Source: Eledone cirrhosa (Eukaryota). Taken from it: 64,000 nt of DNA. A program made the position numbers and the translations under genes. Shown piece after piece: positions 14,104 to 25,371 of this stretch. Every line of letters begins with the position of its first letter. Position 1 is the first letter of the stretch. Under the pieces are notes generated by a model. The model searched no databases. It was not told the DNA's origin and saw only the letters and a program-made list of their open reading frames with translations. Location: assembly GCA_964016885.1 (NCBI GenBank), contig OZ024741.1, positions 279,744,001 to 279,808,000 on the forward strand. Reading direction: 5' to 3'.

Positions 14104-15439
14104 CTGCAGAGGCAAATAAAAGCCAATATAGTTTTAGTGTTAGGTAATGTTAAATAGAGAAGCAGAAATCATTTATTAGACAAAGGAGTAAGCACAATTA
14201 TTTCTTTTTGGATCATTAAATTCAAAGCAGACAATCAGAAATTAATTATCTAAGTATATATATATATTATTGTTAATTATCTAATTATATATAAATTTTA
14301 TTGTTAATTCAAAGACTAAATATATGACAATTAAAGATTAATTATTCTTATATATATATCATTTCTTTTTCAATAATTGTATATTAACTCTTAATATCCT
14401 GTACCACACAAAACCACATAAGCAACACATTCTTGAAAAGTACAAAACAGTACAATGATTGCATCACATTAAGAAAACAAAACCTTTGTTTTAGTTTACT
14501 GAAAATTTATATAATGATCTATTCACCAGTAAAGATACTATAAACGTTTGAATTAATAATTGCAGGATGTTAAGAGTTAATTCAAACCAGAAAATGTACA
14601 GAATATTATTTAACAACCAGTTAAACTATCTCCACTGATTTGTGATGAAATTTAAGCATTAACCATTGTTACTATTACATCTAAACATAATATAGTAGTA
14701 GAACTGCTATAGATAACAACTAACTATATGTAATAGTGTTAATATTTTGCTATATTTAATTAGACATCAGTCAGGAATACACATAACAAAACTAAATGAA
14801 TCTCAATGCAATAGTACATACTAAAACATCACCGTAACATAGTTTACAGTTTGTAAGTGTAAAAAAAGATGAAAACAAAAAAGAAAAGAAATACTACATA
14901 TAACAGCAGTTATTAAATAGTATTTATATATTAAACAGAGAAATATTGAAGAACAAATGCATTCATTGATCTCAAATAGTTTGGGGATGAAATCATCAAC
15001 AATTTAATTAAACTCACTGCAAAAAAGAAAAAAAGAAAAAAAAGAAAAAAAAGAAAAAAAGAAAAAAAGAGGGGCGTGAATGCCAGAACATTTTATATTA
15101 TATAAATTATTATTATTGGTTTCTGTTCTTGTTTCATTGCAAGATCTATTTTTATTGAAATATTATAGTGGAAGGGATATTACTTCTTTAAAATAATGAA
15201 AATATATAAATAAATAAAATTGCAATGTTGAGAATATAAAGTCTACTTCCAGAACTTATTTCCACAAACTGCAAACTATTATGGCAGCAGAACAGTTAAT
15301 ATTCTTTCTAATATTAATGATGCATTCAGAACAATGACAAGAATGAAAACGTCAATGACCCAAACAAGAAATGGAAAATAATATTTGATAAATATAACAA
15401 GGAAAAAAATCTTTTATCTAAAATCTTGACTCAGACAGA

Positions 15440-16517
15440 GGTAAATGGGGAAAAGGGACACTTAACCCCTGGTGGAGTTGTGAGCATACCGTCCTGATAC
15501 ACAGCTTGCTTTGGGCACACCGTCATGATACATGGCATGTCTTGAGCACACCGTCATGATACACGGCATGTCTTGGGCACACCGTCATGATACACGGCAT
15601 GTCTTGGGCACACCGTCATGATACACAGCATGTCTTGGGCACACCGTCATGATACACAGCATGTCTTGGGCACACCGTCATGATACACAGCATGTCTTGG
15701 GCACACCGTCATGATACACAGCATGTCTTGGGCACACCGTCCTGAAACACGGCATGTCTTGGGTACACCGTCCTGATACACGGCATGTCTTGGGCACACC
15801 GTCCTGATACACGGCATGTCTTGGGCACACCGTCCTGATACACGGCATGTCTTGGGCACACCGTCCTGATACACGGCATGTCTTGGGCACACCGTCCTGA
15901 TACACGGCATGTCTTGGGCACACCGTCATGATACACGGCATGTCTTGGGCACACCGTCATGATACACAGCATGTCTTGGGCACACCGTCATGATACACGG
16001 CATGTCTTGGGCACACCGTCATGATACACGGCATGTCTTGGGCACACCGTCCTGATACACGGCATGTCTTGGGCACATCATCCTGATACACGGCATGTCT
16101 TGGGCACACCGTCCTGATACACGGCATGTCTTGGGCACACCGTCATGATATACGGCATGTCTTGGGCACACCGTCATGATACACAGCATGTCTTGGGCAC
16201 ACCGTCATGATACACAGCATGTCTTGGGCACACCGTCATGATACATGCATGTCTTGGGCCCACTATCATGATACATGCATGTCTTGGGCATTTTAAATCT
16301 GGTGAAGCCTGTCCCTCTCCAGGTGGGAACACAGTCAATTTCTTCCAGAGCAAGAGAGAATTGACCTTAGTAGAGGACTTGTACTTTATTATCAATTTCA
16401 AAAAGATGAACGGCTAAGTTGACCTCGGTGGGATTTGAACCCAGAGAATGTGGAGAGCAGGAACTAATACCAAGGCATTTTCAATCCAACACCCTAACAA
16501 CCATGTCAATTTGCCCC
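15440..16517 (-). mobile_element. Family-A-related SINE carrying an internal minisatellite, flanked by a 15-bp TSD
   Basis: SINE head and core at ~16360-16517 on minus. Direct repeat cttgactcaga(c/t)aga at 15425-15439 and 16518-16532. Confidence 0.7.
15480..16290. repeat. 31-bp minisatellite, ~26 copies
   Basis: Unit GGGCACACCGTC(A/C)TGATACAC(G/A)GCATGTCTT repeated head to tail, degenerate at both edges. Confidence 0.97.
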
Positions 16518-17064
16518 CTTGACTCAGATAGAACATACTGAGCAATCAATCTATACTGTAAACCTTAGAAAAAATAGAAAAAAGTAATGCAAATAGTTTA
16601 ATTATAACATCAACGATAAGATGAAGGGTTTTCCAATGAACATGCAAGTTACAAGTGTCCTAGCAACATAATGCCAACTGACAACCAGTATCTTATTAAG
16701 TGTTGTTAATAGACTATCACAATATACTTGAAGTGACAAAAATATTTCACAGAAAGAACAAGACAAGTGACCCAATAATCCCTAGACTAAAACAGACTTT
16801 TAATTAAGGGTTCCACATCTCGGAATTGTTAGGAAATCAATTAAAATATAGGCCAGCCAGGGAAATCTGATGTTGATTGAAAAATTGAACTATAAAATAA
16901 TTTTGAATGAAATTGCTTAAATAAGTTAGTATCAGAGTATGGGTTGACAGATCTCTTCCTTTGCAGTTCTATTTCAATAAAGTATAAAAGAAAGTAAATC
17001 TATTTTTTACTTTCTTTAAATATATAAAAAGGAAAATTAAAGAAGCTGATAGAAGCTAGAGAAA

Positions 17065-17295
17065 TATCATCACCACCATCACCATTTAACATCTATTTTC
17101 CATGCTTGTATGGGCTAGACGGGTTGTCATGTGATGATGCTAAACATGTCAGATGCCTGTGTCTTGCTCATACATTCCATTCTGGCATGGTTTCTATGGC
17201 TGGAGGCCCTTCCTAAAAGCAACCACTTCACCACGTATATCAGGTGTGTTCTATTACAGCACCAACACAACCACCTAACAAAGTGGACTGGAAGC
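17065..17295 (-). mobile_element. RTE-tail SINE / LINE 3' fragment (related pieces ~31330-31390, ~34020-34360, ~37130-37245, ~43220-43410, ~50075-50345, ~50535-50800)
   Basis: (CAT)n-like tail, ttaacatctattttccatgcttg and tttctatggctggaggcccttcctaa, homologous to the 3' UTR of the intact RTE. Confidence 0.75.
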
Positions 17296-17746
17296 TTTTT
17301 TTTTGCTCCAGCATGTTTTTATAAAATACTGTTATCAATTTTTTGTTTGTTTTTATATTTATTATTTTATAAATTTTAACATGATGAGAAAGAACTGAGT
17401 ATTTTCAAATGAATTGCTAACAAAATTTATTTTAAAGATGTAAGCTTTTCTAATGATACTGATACTAAAGAGATGAAATTACTTGACACTGAGCATGCTA
17501 CCACAACTTTTAGCTATCTCCATAGACTTGTTTGATTGAAATATAAAACTGAAATAATTGGAAACTATTATTGGGTCCAATATTTAAAAATGAACAGCAG
17601 GCATATTGAAGGTTAAATTCTAAAATATAATTTTTAACAATTTAGTGTGTATGATAAGAGAGTAATGTGCAACTATAAATGAGTTAAAAATGAGCAATGA
17701 GTAAGTAAGATGATTAATGGACAACTAAAAATCGAACAAGACTAAA

Positions 17747-20700
17747 TCAAAAGGGTCGCGCTAACGAGGTTGTAGAAATGCTTGAACGTAAGGAGGTCGA
17801 TGTTTGTTGTATTCAAGAGACCAGGTGGAGGGGTGGGTCTGCTAGGTTCATTGAGGGTAAAAAACGTTGTTATAAGCTTTTCTGGGTGGGAAACGACGAT
17901 GGGCTGGGTGGAGTAGGAATCATGGTAGCAGAAAAGTGGGCAGATAAGATAATAGACGTAAATAGAGTGAACGACAGAATAATTAAAATACGACTTGTCC
18001 TCAATAGAACTACGGTGACAGTAATATCTGCGTACGCACCCCAATCCGGACTGCCCGGCACTATAAAAGACAGATTCTATGAGACACTGATGCTAACTAC
18101 CTCCCAAATATCCGACAGTGACTATATAATTATCGCAGGCGACCTAAATGGTCACGTTGGACAACATTGTGACGGCTACGACGAAATCCATGGAGGCTAT
18201 GGGTTTGGTACTAGAAATGAGGAAGGCTCCAGAATCCTGGAATTCTGTGATGCAAATAACCTAACTATCTGTAACACTAACTTCAAAAAACGTGACAATC
18301 ACCTGATCACCTATAGATCCGGGGAACACACAAGCCAGGTAGATTATATCCTTACCAGAAGACGTGACAGAGTGTCTGTTGTTAACACTAAATCCCTCCC
18401 CCATGAAGAATGCACCTCCCAACATAGACTGATAATTAGCGACCTCATAGTCAGGACGAGACGTACTCGACAACAGAAGAGGACTATCCTCAGGAGGAAA
18501 ATATGGAAGTTAAAGGACCCCACAGCCAGGAATAAATTTCAAAGCATATTACTTGATGCTTTCGACAGTAAGGAAGAACATTTAGAGTCGGACAATATAG
18601 AGGGAGAGTGGGAATTTCTGAAAGCAAACCTGCTGTTGGCGACAGACGAGGTCTGTGGCTGGAGCAGGCCTGTAGGCAGGAGGAGAGTAACATGGTGGTG
18701 GAACAGTAAGGTGGAGGGGTCAATTAAGGCCAAAAAGCAGGCTTGGAAAGTATGGCGGGATGGGGGAAGTAGAGAGGACTATCAAGTGGCCAGGAGGGAA
18801 GCTAGGAGACAAGTGTACTTAGCAAGAAGGGAAGCTGAGGAAAGAAAGTTCAAGCATGTTCTACAACGCGATGACCAAAAACGTGAGGTGTTCAGGATTG
18901 CTAGGCAATGCGTCAAGGAAAACCGTGATATTGTCGGGGAGAAGTGTGTACTAAACGACGATGGCACACTTGCCATCACCGACGCTGATAAGAAGGTAGC
19001 TTGGAAGTGTCACTATGAAAGGCTTCTAAATGAGGAGAATAATTGGGAGAAAGGCAGTCTCCCCCATATCGACCCAATAGAGGGACCAGCAGTGTTAGTC
19101 GAGGGGAGTATAATAAGTAAGGCAATCAAGGATATGAAGACTGGTAAGGCGGCTGGGCCTTCGGAAATAGTTGCTGAGATGCTGAAGGCATCTGGCACGG
19201 TGGGACACACCATGGTCACCCGCATAGTTAACCAAGTCGTACAAAACGGGGTTGTTCCGAAGGACTGGCATAGCAGCATCATCGTTAACTGTTATAAGGG
19301 TAAAGGAGACGCCCTAGATAGGAGTAACTATAGAGGCATTAAATTAATCGACCAGGTCATGAAGGTCACGGAAAGAGTAATAGCGCAGCTAATCAGAGAG
19401 AGAATTGACCTAGATGAAATGCAGTTCGGGTTTGTGTCAGGCAAAAGTACCACAGACGCTCTTTTCATAGTACGACAACTACAAGAGAAGTACCTAGCTA
19501 AAGGTAAACCCCTCTACTTAGCTTTTGTCGACTTGGAGAAAGCCTTCGACAGAGTCCCCCGCTCCATTATCTGGTGGGCTCTTAGAAAACTAGGCGTTGA
19601 CGAATGGCTTGTGAGGGCTATACAAGCCATGTATAAAGAAACAGTCAGCAAGGTTAGAATTAACAACGAATATAGTGAAGAGTTTAGCGTAAAAGTCGGC
19701 GTCCATCAGGGCTCTGTTCTCAGTCCACTACTATTTATTATTGCCCTTCAGGCCATAACAGAGGAGTTCAAGACAGGCTGCCCATGGGAACTCCTATACG
19801 CAGACGACCTGACACTCATAGCGGAATCAATGGCCGAGCTAGAGAAGAAATTCCAAACATGGAAGCACGGCCTAGAGTCAAAAGGACTTAAAATTAACCT
19901 GGCTAAGACCAAAGTACTAGTTTGTAGGAAAGAAAACAAGGCGGCGGTCCCTTCTGGGAAATGGTCGTGCTCGGTGTGTAGGAAAGGCGTAGGTAGAAAC
20001 TCCATTTTATGTCCTAAATGCAAAGTATGGGTGCATAAAAGATGTAGTGGGATCACAGGTAGGCTAACTAAGAACATAGATTTTACATGTGGCCGGTGCT
20101 CTGGTGCAATAAGTAGCAGCAAGTGCCCACAAACTACTAGCTCTTTCAATTGCGCAGAGGGTTCTATAGAAATAGTGGACAGCTTCCGTTACCTGGGCGA
20201 TAAAATCAGCAGTGGGGGAGGGTGCTCTGAAAGTACTGTAGCTAGAGTCAGAACGGGTTGGAAAAAGTTCAGAGAGCTTATACCACTATTAGCTGCTAAA
20301 GGGTTCTCACTAAAAATGAAAGGCAGGTTGTACGATGCCTGCATACGAACAGCAATGCTGCATGGCAGTGAGACCTGGGCATTGTGTGCAGAGGATATAC
20401 GCAGACTAGAGAGGAACGAAGCTTGCATGCTCCGCTGGATGTGTAACAGTAATATACGTGAACGGCAAAGCATAAACGAACTAAGGAATAAATTAGAGAT
20501 AAGAGGGATCAGATGTTGTTTACTCGAGAGAAGGCTACGTTGGTATGGACACGTGATGCGCATGAAAGTCGATAGCTGTATAACAAAGTGCAGGGCAATA
20601 AAGATAGACGGTAGTCACGGAATAGGCAGACCTAGAAAAACCTGGGACGAGCTGATAAACTCCGACATCACACACTTACACCTCTCCAAGACAATGTCAC

Positions 20701-21149
20701 TGGACCGAGACCTTTGGCGGTACTCAGTAACAGAGAAGACCCGCCTTACCTAAATATATAGTAAAACCTACTCCAGCCAGTAGGCATCTCTAACAAATAC
20801 ACCCCGTCCCACCACCCCCACCCGATCCACACCACCCCGTTCTATGTAAAGTTATGTTGGTGCCGCGCCATCGAGGCCGAAACAAATGAGATCGTGTAGG
20901 TGTCACGACAAAAAAACACACAGTCCACGCTGTAATGTGGCCGTGTAGGCAACACGGTAAAAACCTCCCAGACCCACACTGTAAATGTGGTTGGTGTTAG
21001 GAAGGGCATCCAACTGTAGAAAACCTGCCAGACAGTCCTATGCGAGCAAGACAATCACTCTTGCCTCAAGTGGGACTACCCCCGTCCAAACCCATGCAAG
21101 CGTGGAACACGGACGTTAAACGCTGATGATGATGATGATGATGATGATG
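17747..21149 (+). mobile_element. Near-full-length, slightly 5'-truncated RTE-clade non-LTR retrotransposon, antisense in a host intron
   Basis: Single uninterrupted APE-RT ORF, ~370-bp 3' UTR, (GAT)n tail at 21124-21149, sharp GC shift at both ends. No clear TSD. Confidence 0.95.
17778..20753 (+). CDS. RTE ORF: AP endonuclease + reverse transcriptase with an inserted C4HC3 PHD finger
   Basis: APE motifs CIQETRW, SAYAPQ, GDLNGHVG, DYIL, SQHR. RT motifs YRGIKL, QFGF, FVDLEKAFD, GVHQGSVLSPLLF, YADD, FRYLG. RTE C-terminus RLRWYGHVMR..GRPRKTW. Confidence 0.95.
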   Translation: MLERKEVDVCCIQETRWRGGSARFIEGKKRCYKLFWVGNDDGLGGVGIMVAEKWADKIIDVNRVNDRIIKIRLVLNRTTVTVISAYAPQSGLPGTIKDRFYETLMLTTSQISDSDYIIIAGDLNGHVGQHCDGYDEIHGGYGFGTRNEEGSRILEFCDANNLTICNTNFKKRDNHLITYRSGEHTSQVDYILTRRRDRVSVVNTKSLPHEECTSQHRLIISDLIVRTRRTRQQKRTILRRKIWKLKDPTARNKFQSILLDAFDSKEEHLESDNIEGEWEFLKANLLLATDEVCGWSRPVGRRRVTWWWNSKVEGSIKAKKQAWKVWRDGGSREDYQVARREARRQVYLARREAEERKFKHVLQRDDQKREVFRIARQCVKENRDIVGEKCVLNDDGTLAITDADKKVAWKCHYERLLNEENNWEKGSLPHIDPIEGPAVLVEGSIISKAIKDMKTGKAAGPSEIVAEMLKASGTVGHTMVTRIVNQVVQNGVVPKDWHSSIIVNCYKGKGDALDRSNYRGIKLIDQVMKVTERVIAQLIRERIDLDEMQFGFVSGKSTTDALFIVRQLQEKYLAKGKPLYLAFVDLEKAFDRVPRSIIWWALRKLGVDEWLVRAIQAMYKETVSKVRINNEYSEEFSVKVGVHQGSVLSPLLFIIALQAITEEFKTGCPWELLYADDLTLIAESMAELEKKFQTWKHGLESKGLKINLAKTKVLVCRKENKAAVPSGKWSCSVCRKGVGRNSILCPKCKVWVHKRCSGITGRLTKNIDFTCGRCSGAISSSKCPQTTSSFNCAEGSIEIVDSFRYLGDKISSGGGCSESTVARVRTGWKKFRELIPLLAAKGFSLKMKGRLYDACIRTAMLHGSETWALCAEDIRRLERNEACMLRWMCNSNIRERQSINELRNKLEIRGIRCCLLERRLRWYGHVMRMKVDSCITKCRAIKIDGSHGIGRPRKTWDELINSDITHLHLSKTMSLDRDLWRYSVTEKTRLT

Positions 21150-21197
21150 AATTAATAGAGGCCACAGAACACTTTTATCAGTTAAGTTTTGGCTTAC

Positions 21198-21263
21198 CTT
21201 TGGAGAAAATTTATCCCTTAAATCTTGTACACTAGAAGATCTAATAAGCTTGGCAACAGAATC
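21198..21263 (-). CDS. Host gene 66-nt in-frame exon (phase 0-0), DSVAKLIRSSSVQDLRDKFSPK
   Basis: Acceptor gcttttgtag|GAT, donor AAG|gtaagc, no stops, length divisible by 3. Bridges the ...SKKE exon and the QHAAN exon. Confidence 0.75.
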
Positions 21264-22966
21264 CTACAAAAGCATTGATATCTAAGCTTGAAGAGTTAAA
21301 CACAAATACCATATACTAGATCAGAGAAAATAGAAATGCAGTTTATATTTACTGCTGAATAGCTTCACTATTGACATTGTTAAATATTAGCTATTAGTAA
21401 ACCTTATGTTGTTGTTAATTATAATTAAAAATCTAAAGCTCAAAAAGAACCTTTTAAAGAAAGAGAATTACTGTATTTGACACCAAGAAAGATGTGTAAG
21501 AAGGTATTCTTGAGAAGTTTTCAACAGTCAGAAAGATAGACAGCTACACACTAAAAACAATAACTATTAAATAGAAAATGCATGGATCTACTCATACAAT
21601 AAAAAAAAAAAAATGATTCTTTTAAAAATTAATTAATTAATGAGAGCCAGAGGTTATTGCAAAATATTTTGTTTGCATGTATAATATGAGCAGATACCAA
21701 ATGTTTTTGAGGGTTTTATTTATCTGAAACAAATCATTATTTTGTATTACAGGTTAATTAGTAAAGTATTTCATTAGTTTAAACATTAGTAGAAGAAAAG
21801 AAAAAAACTCATTTAGTCAACATGCACACAGTATAAACCAATTCAAAACATGTAAATGAATCTAAAACAGACATACACACACACACACACACAATGTAAA
21901 TCAATTCAAAACAACGTGCACACATCTGGTGTAGGTTCAATAAAGCAACATGCTTGTGGTGTGTGTAAGTTGAATATAAAAGCAACATGCATAAATTTGG
22001 TGCAAGTCCAAGCTAAAGCGGCATGCATATTGTATGTGAAATGAAAACATTAACATAACACGTAGGTGGTGCAAAAAAAGAAGAAAAAAAAAGAAAACCA
22101 TTAACACATGTGGGTGGTGCAAATGCAAAGAAAAAAAAAAACAATAATAGAGGAACTGAAAATGGATGTCAGGTGCATTTTATAGATGTTGAAAGCAAGC
22201 AATAGCTTAGAAAAGGGACAAAGCAATGATTTCTCTTAATATAGAAAGATATATTGACAATAGGTTAATGTGAATTACAAGTGTATGTGTGTGTGTGTGT
22301 GTTGGGAGTGTTCCATACATTTCAGTTGAAAACATTTCCACTTTGATCAATCCAACTCATTATGTAATTGATGCCATTATTAAAATAATTAAATTAGAAC
22401 TAGGATTGTTGCAGTGGTACAAAATTAGACATCAATATATGCTTACAATTACAAAAAAACAAAACAAAAAAAAAAAAAAAAAGACTTGACAGGTAGACAA
22501 TGCTGGATTGAAATGAAGCCATGGCATCACACACACACACGCCACAAAATAGATTTAAAATAAAATAAATTTTAATGTAGTCTGTTAATTCTTCTGTCAT
22601 TTTACATTAACATGTCTTGTAAAAATAAGACAGCAATTAGAAATTGTTGAAAAGAATTTAACAAGACATGCAAGGGTGATAGATATAAATCACATAAACT
22701 TACATATATTATATCATATGCATATACACACAAATCTACTTATTTTCCAAATTTTGTAATCTCAATCACAATCCTGATGTTTATCATCAAAGATCCATCT
22801 AAAACTTCTAGATATTCTCACACAGAAAATGGTGCCTGGAACCATTGGAGTAAGCAATACTGCCGGAAGGCACAAGATGAATGCAGGCAACGTACATCAC
22901 ACACACACACGCATTTCACATCTTGCTTTCCATATGAAGTAAGGAAATATATATGCCGAATTTTAA

Positions 22967-23943
22967 CCCTTTTGATATTAAATCGCCTTAAATGTCCTTA
23001 GTTCATCATCATTTTACATCCGCTTTCCCCTGCTTATATCTATCCATTATAATTTTATCGAAGAACATTTGTAAAGTTATGCCCTAAACACCAACTTAAT
23101 AATGAGAAAGTTAGTTACATTACTAAATCTCTCCAAATTTTTGATTTTGGAAACTATTTGTAAATTATAGATGGTATCTTATTAGAAATATAATGAAAGA
23201 GTTAAAATGTTTATATTTATCTAAAAATCTTCCATTATAATTTTATATAGTTCAAATCCCGCCAAGGTTAACTTTGCCTTTCATCCTTACAGGGTCGATA
23301 AAATAAAGTACCAGTAATGCACTGGGTAATTGCTGGCCTTGTGCCTAAAGTAGAAACAATTATAATTTTATATAAGAATTTTTGTTAAGTTATGCTCAAA
23401 ACACCAGATTAATAATAAGAAAGTTAGTTATATTACAAAATCCCTCCAAATTCTTTATTTTCAAAACTATTTGAAAATCCTCGACAGTGTCTTTCGTTAG
23501 AAATATGGTAAGAGAAGCATTAAAACTGGATGTTTTCCATTATCTGAACACTGGTCTATGAGAATGGCACCAGTGTTCCAGTGTTCAGGAATATATATTG
23601 CATCAGCAATTCACAACACAGTAATAACTAGTAATAACTATTGTTCAGTTTCTTGAAATTCCACACTGATAATTCAAGGTGTATTCAACATATTTAATAC
23701 CAAACTGCCTGAAACCATCCTTGGTTCTAAGACAATACTAAGCTGTTTAGCTTAAAGTGTTCATATTCATTTAAATGCCTTCTACCATAATTTTATGTAA
23801 GGATTTTGTTAAGTTTTGTTCCAAACACCAGCTTAATAATGATAAAATCTGTTATTTTACTAAATCTTTCTAAATTTGTATCTTCAAAAATTATTTGAAA
23901 ATCCTAGACAATGTCTTTCATTAGAAATACAGTAACAAAAGGG
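22967..23943. mobile_element. Tandem cluster of ~3 piggyBac-like MITE bodies with a nested family-A SINE (23250-23358, TSD attataattttatata)
   Basis: TTAA-ccct start and aggg-TTAA end. Repeated aaacaccagcttaataatga..tactaaatc blocks. 16-bp TSD at 23234-23249 and 23359-23374. Confidence 0.75.
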
Positions 23944-24419
23944 TTAAAAGAAACATGGAATTCATGCCTATTTGTAGTTTTTAGAAATTTAAGGAATGGT
24001 AGAAGGACATCCTAGTCAAAACTGACTTGAAAAAAAAAAAGACGAGAAGAAAGAAACAAAAACACAAAAATAATCTCAAATAATAGAGGAGGAAAATACA
24101 GGCAATAAAAAAAAAGAAAAAAAAGAAAAAAAGGAAACAAAGCAGTTTATGTTGGATGATGACAGTGTCCATAACATTGGAATGTATTTAATGATTGTTT
24201 TTTGAGTATGTAATAATAGCAACAGCAATTATATAATAATAAGAGTAGTAGTAGTAGTGAAAGTAGTAACAACAGTAGCAACAGAAGAATGGAAACTGTT
24301 GAATGACATTGCATATTCCTGAGAATAGCAACTGCTAGAATAGGGGTGGGGGTGGGTACGGTGGAGGACAGCAATGATTAACAGTTAGTGTAACAGTAAT
24401 GCTTGATCAACAAGATCCC

Positions 24420-24645
24420 AGACCTCATTTATTTACCGAGTGGAGTGGAATTCATCAAATCAGACCAAGGAAACAATGTTTCCATTGCTGACACTATCTA
24501 CTGGTTGCAAATCCTGGCAGAAAGAACAACATGAAATAAAGTGTCTTGCTCAAGGACATAATGCATCGGCCGATCTGGGAATCAAACTCGCAACCTCACG
24601 ATTACGAATCCAATTCTCTAATCCCTAAGCCATGTGCCTTCACAA
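24420..24645 (-). mobile_element. tRNA-derived SINE family C variant (similar copy ~41700-41920)
   Basis: Minus-strand head catggcttag..gttagagaattggattcgtaatcgtgagg..gagtttgattccc and core ccttgagcaagacactttatttca. Confidence 0.75.
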
Positions 24646-24849
24646 CAGCAATGCTAAGACACTGCATATTCCCGAGATAGCAACAGCCAAAATAGGGGCA
24701 TGGTGTGTGTGTGTGTGTGTGGGGGGGGGGGAATCAACAGTTAAAGTTACAGCAATATGAACTTCAACAAGCTTCAGTTAATCTTTCAGTGTTAAGTAGC
24801 ATTTTAAAAGTTCAACGAAAAAATGTTAATAAAGGTGTAAAATAATGGA

Positions 24850-24881
<32 letters not shown>

Positions 24882-25271
24882 AAAAAAAAACAAAGAAAAC
24901 AAAAGGGTTTTATGAGTAAATGAAGCATAGATCTGGTGTAGAAACAAGCAATCATGTTGAAACACAGTATTGTTTTAACTGTGTTTACCATTGTTGAAGG
25001 TAGGGGTTTAATAAGACAGTATTATGGTATATTTCTTCATAGACATGATTGCCATACATGTTTATGACTCTCACAGGCAGTAGAGCTTTAAAATCTAACA
25101 CAAGTATGTTATATAGAAACTGTTTGGATGTGGCTTGACACACAAACCACACACACACACATATGTGTGTGTATGTATGTGGTTGTATGTGTATATGTAG
25201 CTGAGAGAAAAGAGTACTCAATATCGAAGTAGAGTTTTAATATTCATTTTATTAAGGCTAAATAGTGAGTT

Positions 25272-25317
25272 TTGTTACTCTGAGGTTTCACCTGTTTATC
25301 ACAGGATCATCAGACAA
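25272..25317 (-). ncRNA. Minimal type I hammerhead ribozyme (Penelope-type), host sense strand
   Basis: ttgt-CTGATGA-t-cctgt gataa acagg-t-GAAAC-ctcaga-GTA-acaa: intact core, stems I and II pair. Confidence 0.7.
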
Positions 25318-25321
25318 GAGT

Positions 25322-25371
25322 TCTTGTTTGATGATCCTGTCATAAACAGGTGAAACTCCAGAGTAACAAGA
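25322..25371 (+). ncRNA. Minimal hammerhead ribozyme copy with a C3U variant, inverted partner of the previous feature
   Basis: tcttgt-TTGATGA-t-cctgt cataa acagg-t-GAAAC-tccaga-GTA-acaaga. Confidence 0.55.

Noticed and set aside
15480-16290. 31-bp repeats as a CRISPR array or repetitive protein
   Set aside because: No unique spacers and no cas genes; the ORFs occur in all three frames because of the 31-bp period.
17700-17750. TSD for the intact RTE (gatgattaat vs gatgaattaat)
   Set aside because: Imperfect, low-complexity and ~30 bp away from the inferred 5' junction.
17742-20563. Minus-strand ORFs overlapping the RTE ORF
   Set aside because: Antisense shadows of a GC-richer coding sequence with no recognisable motifs.
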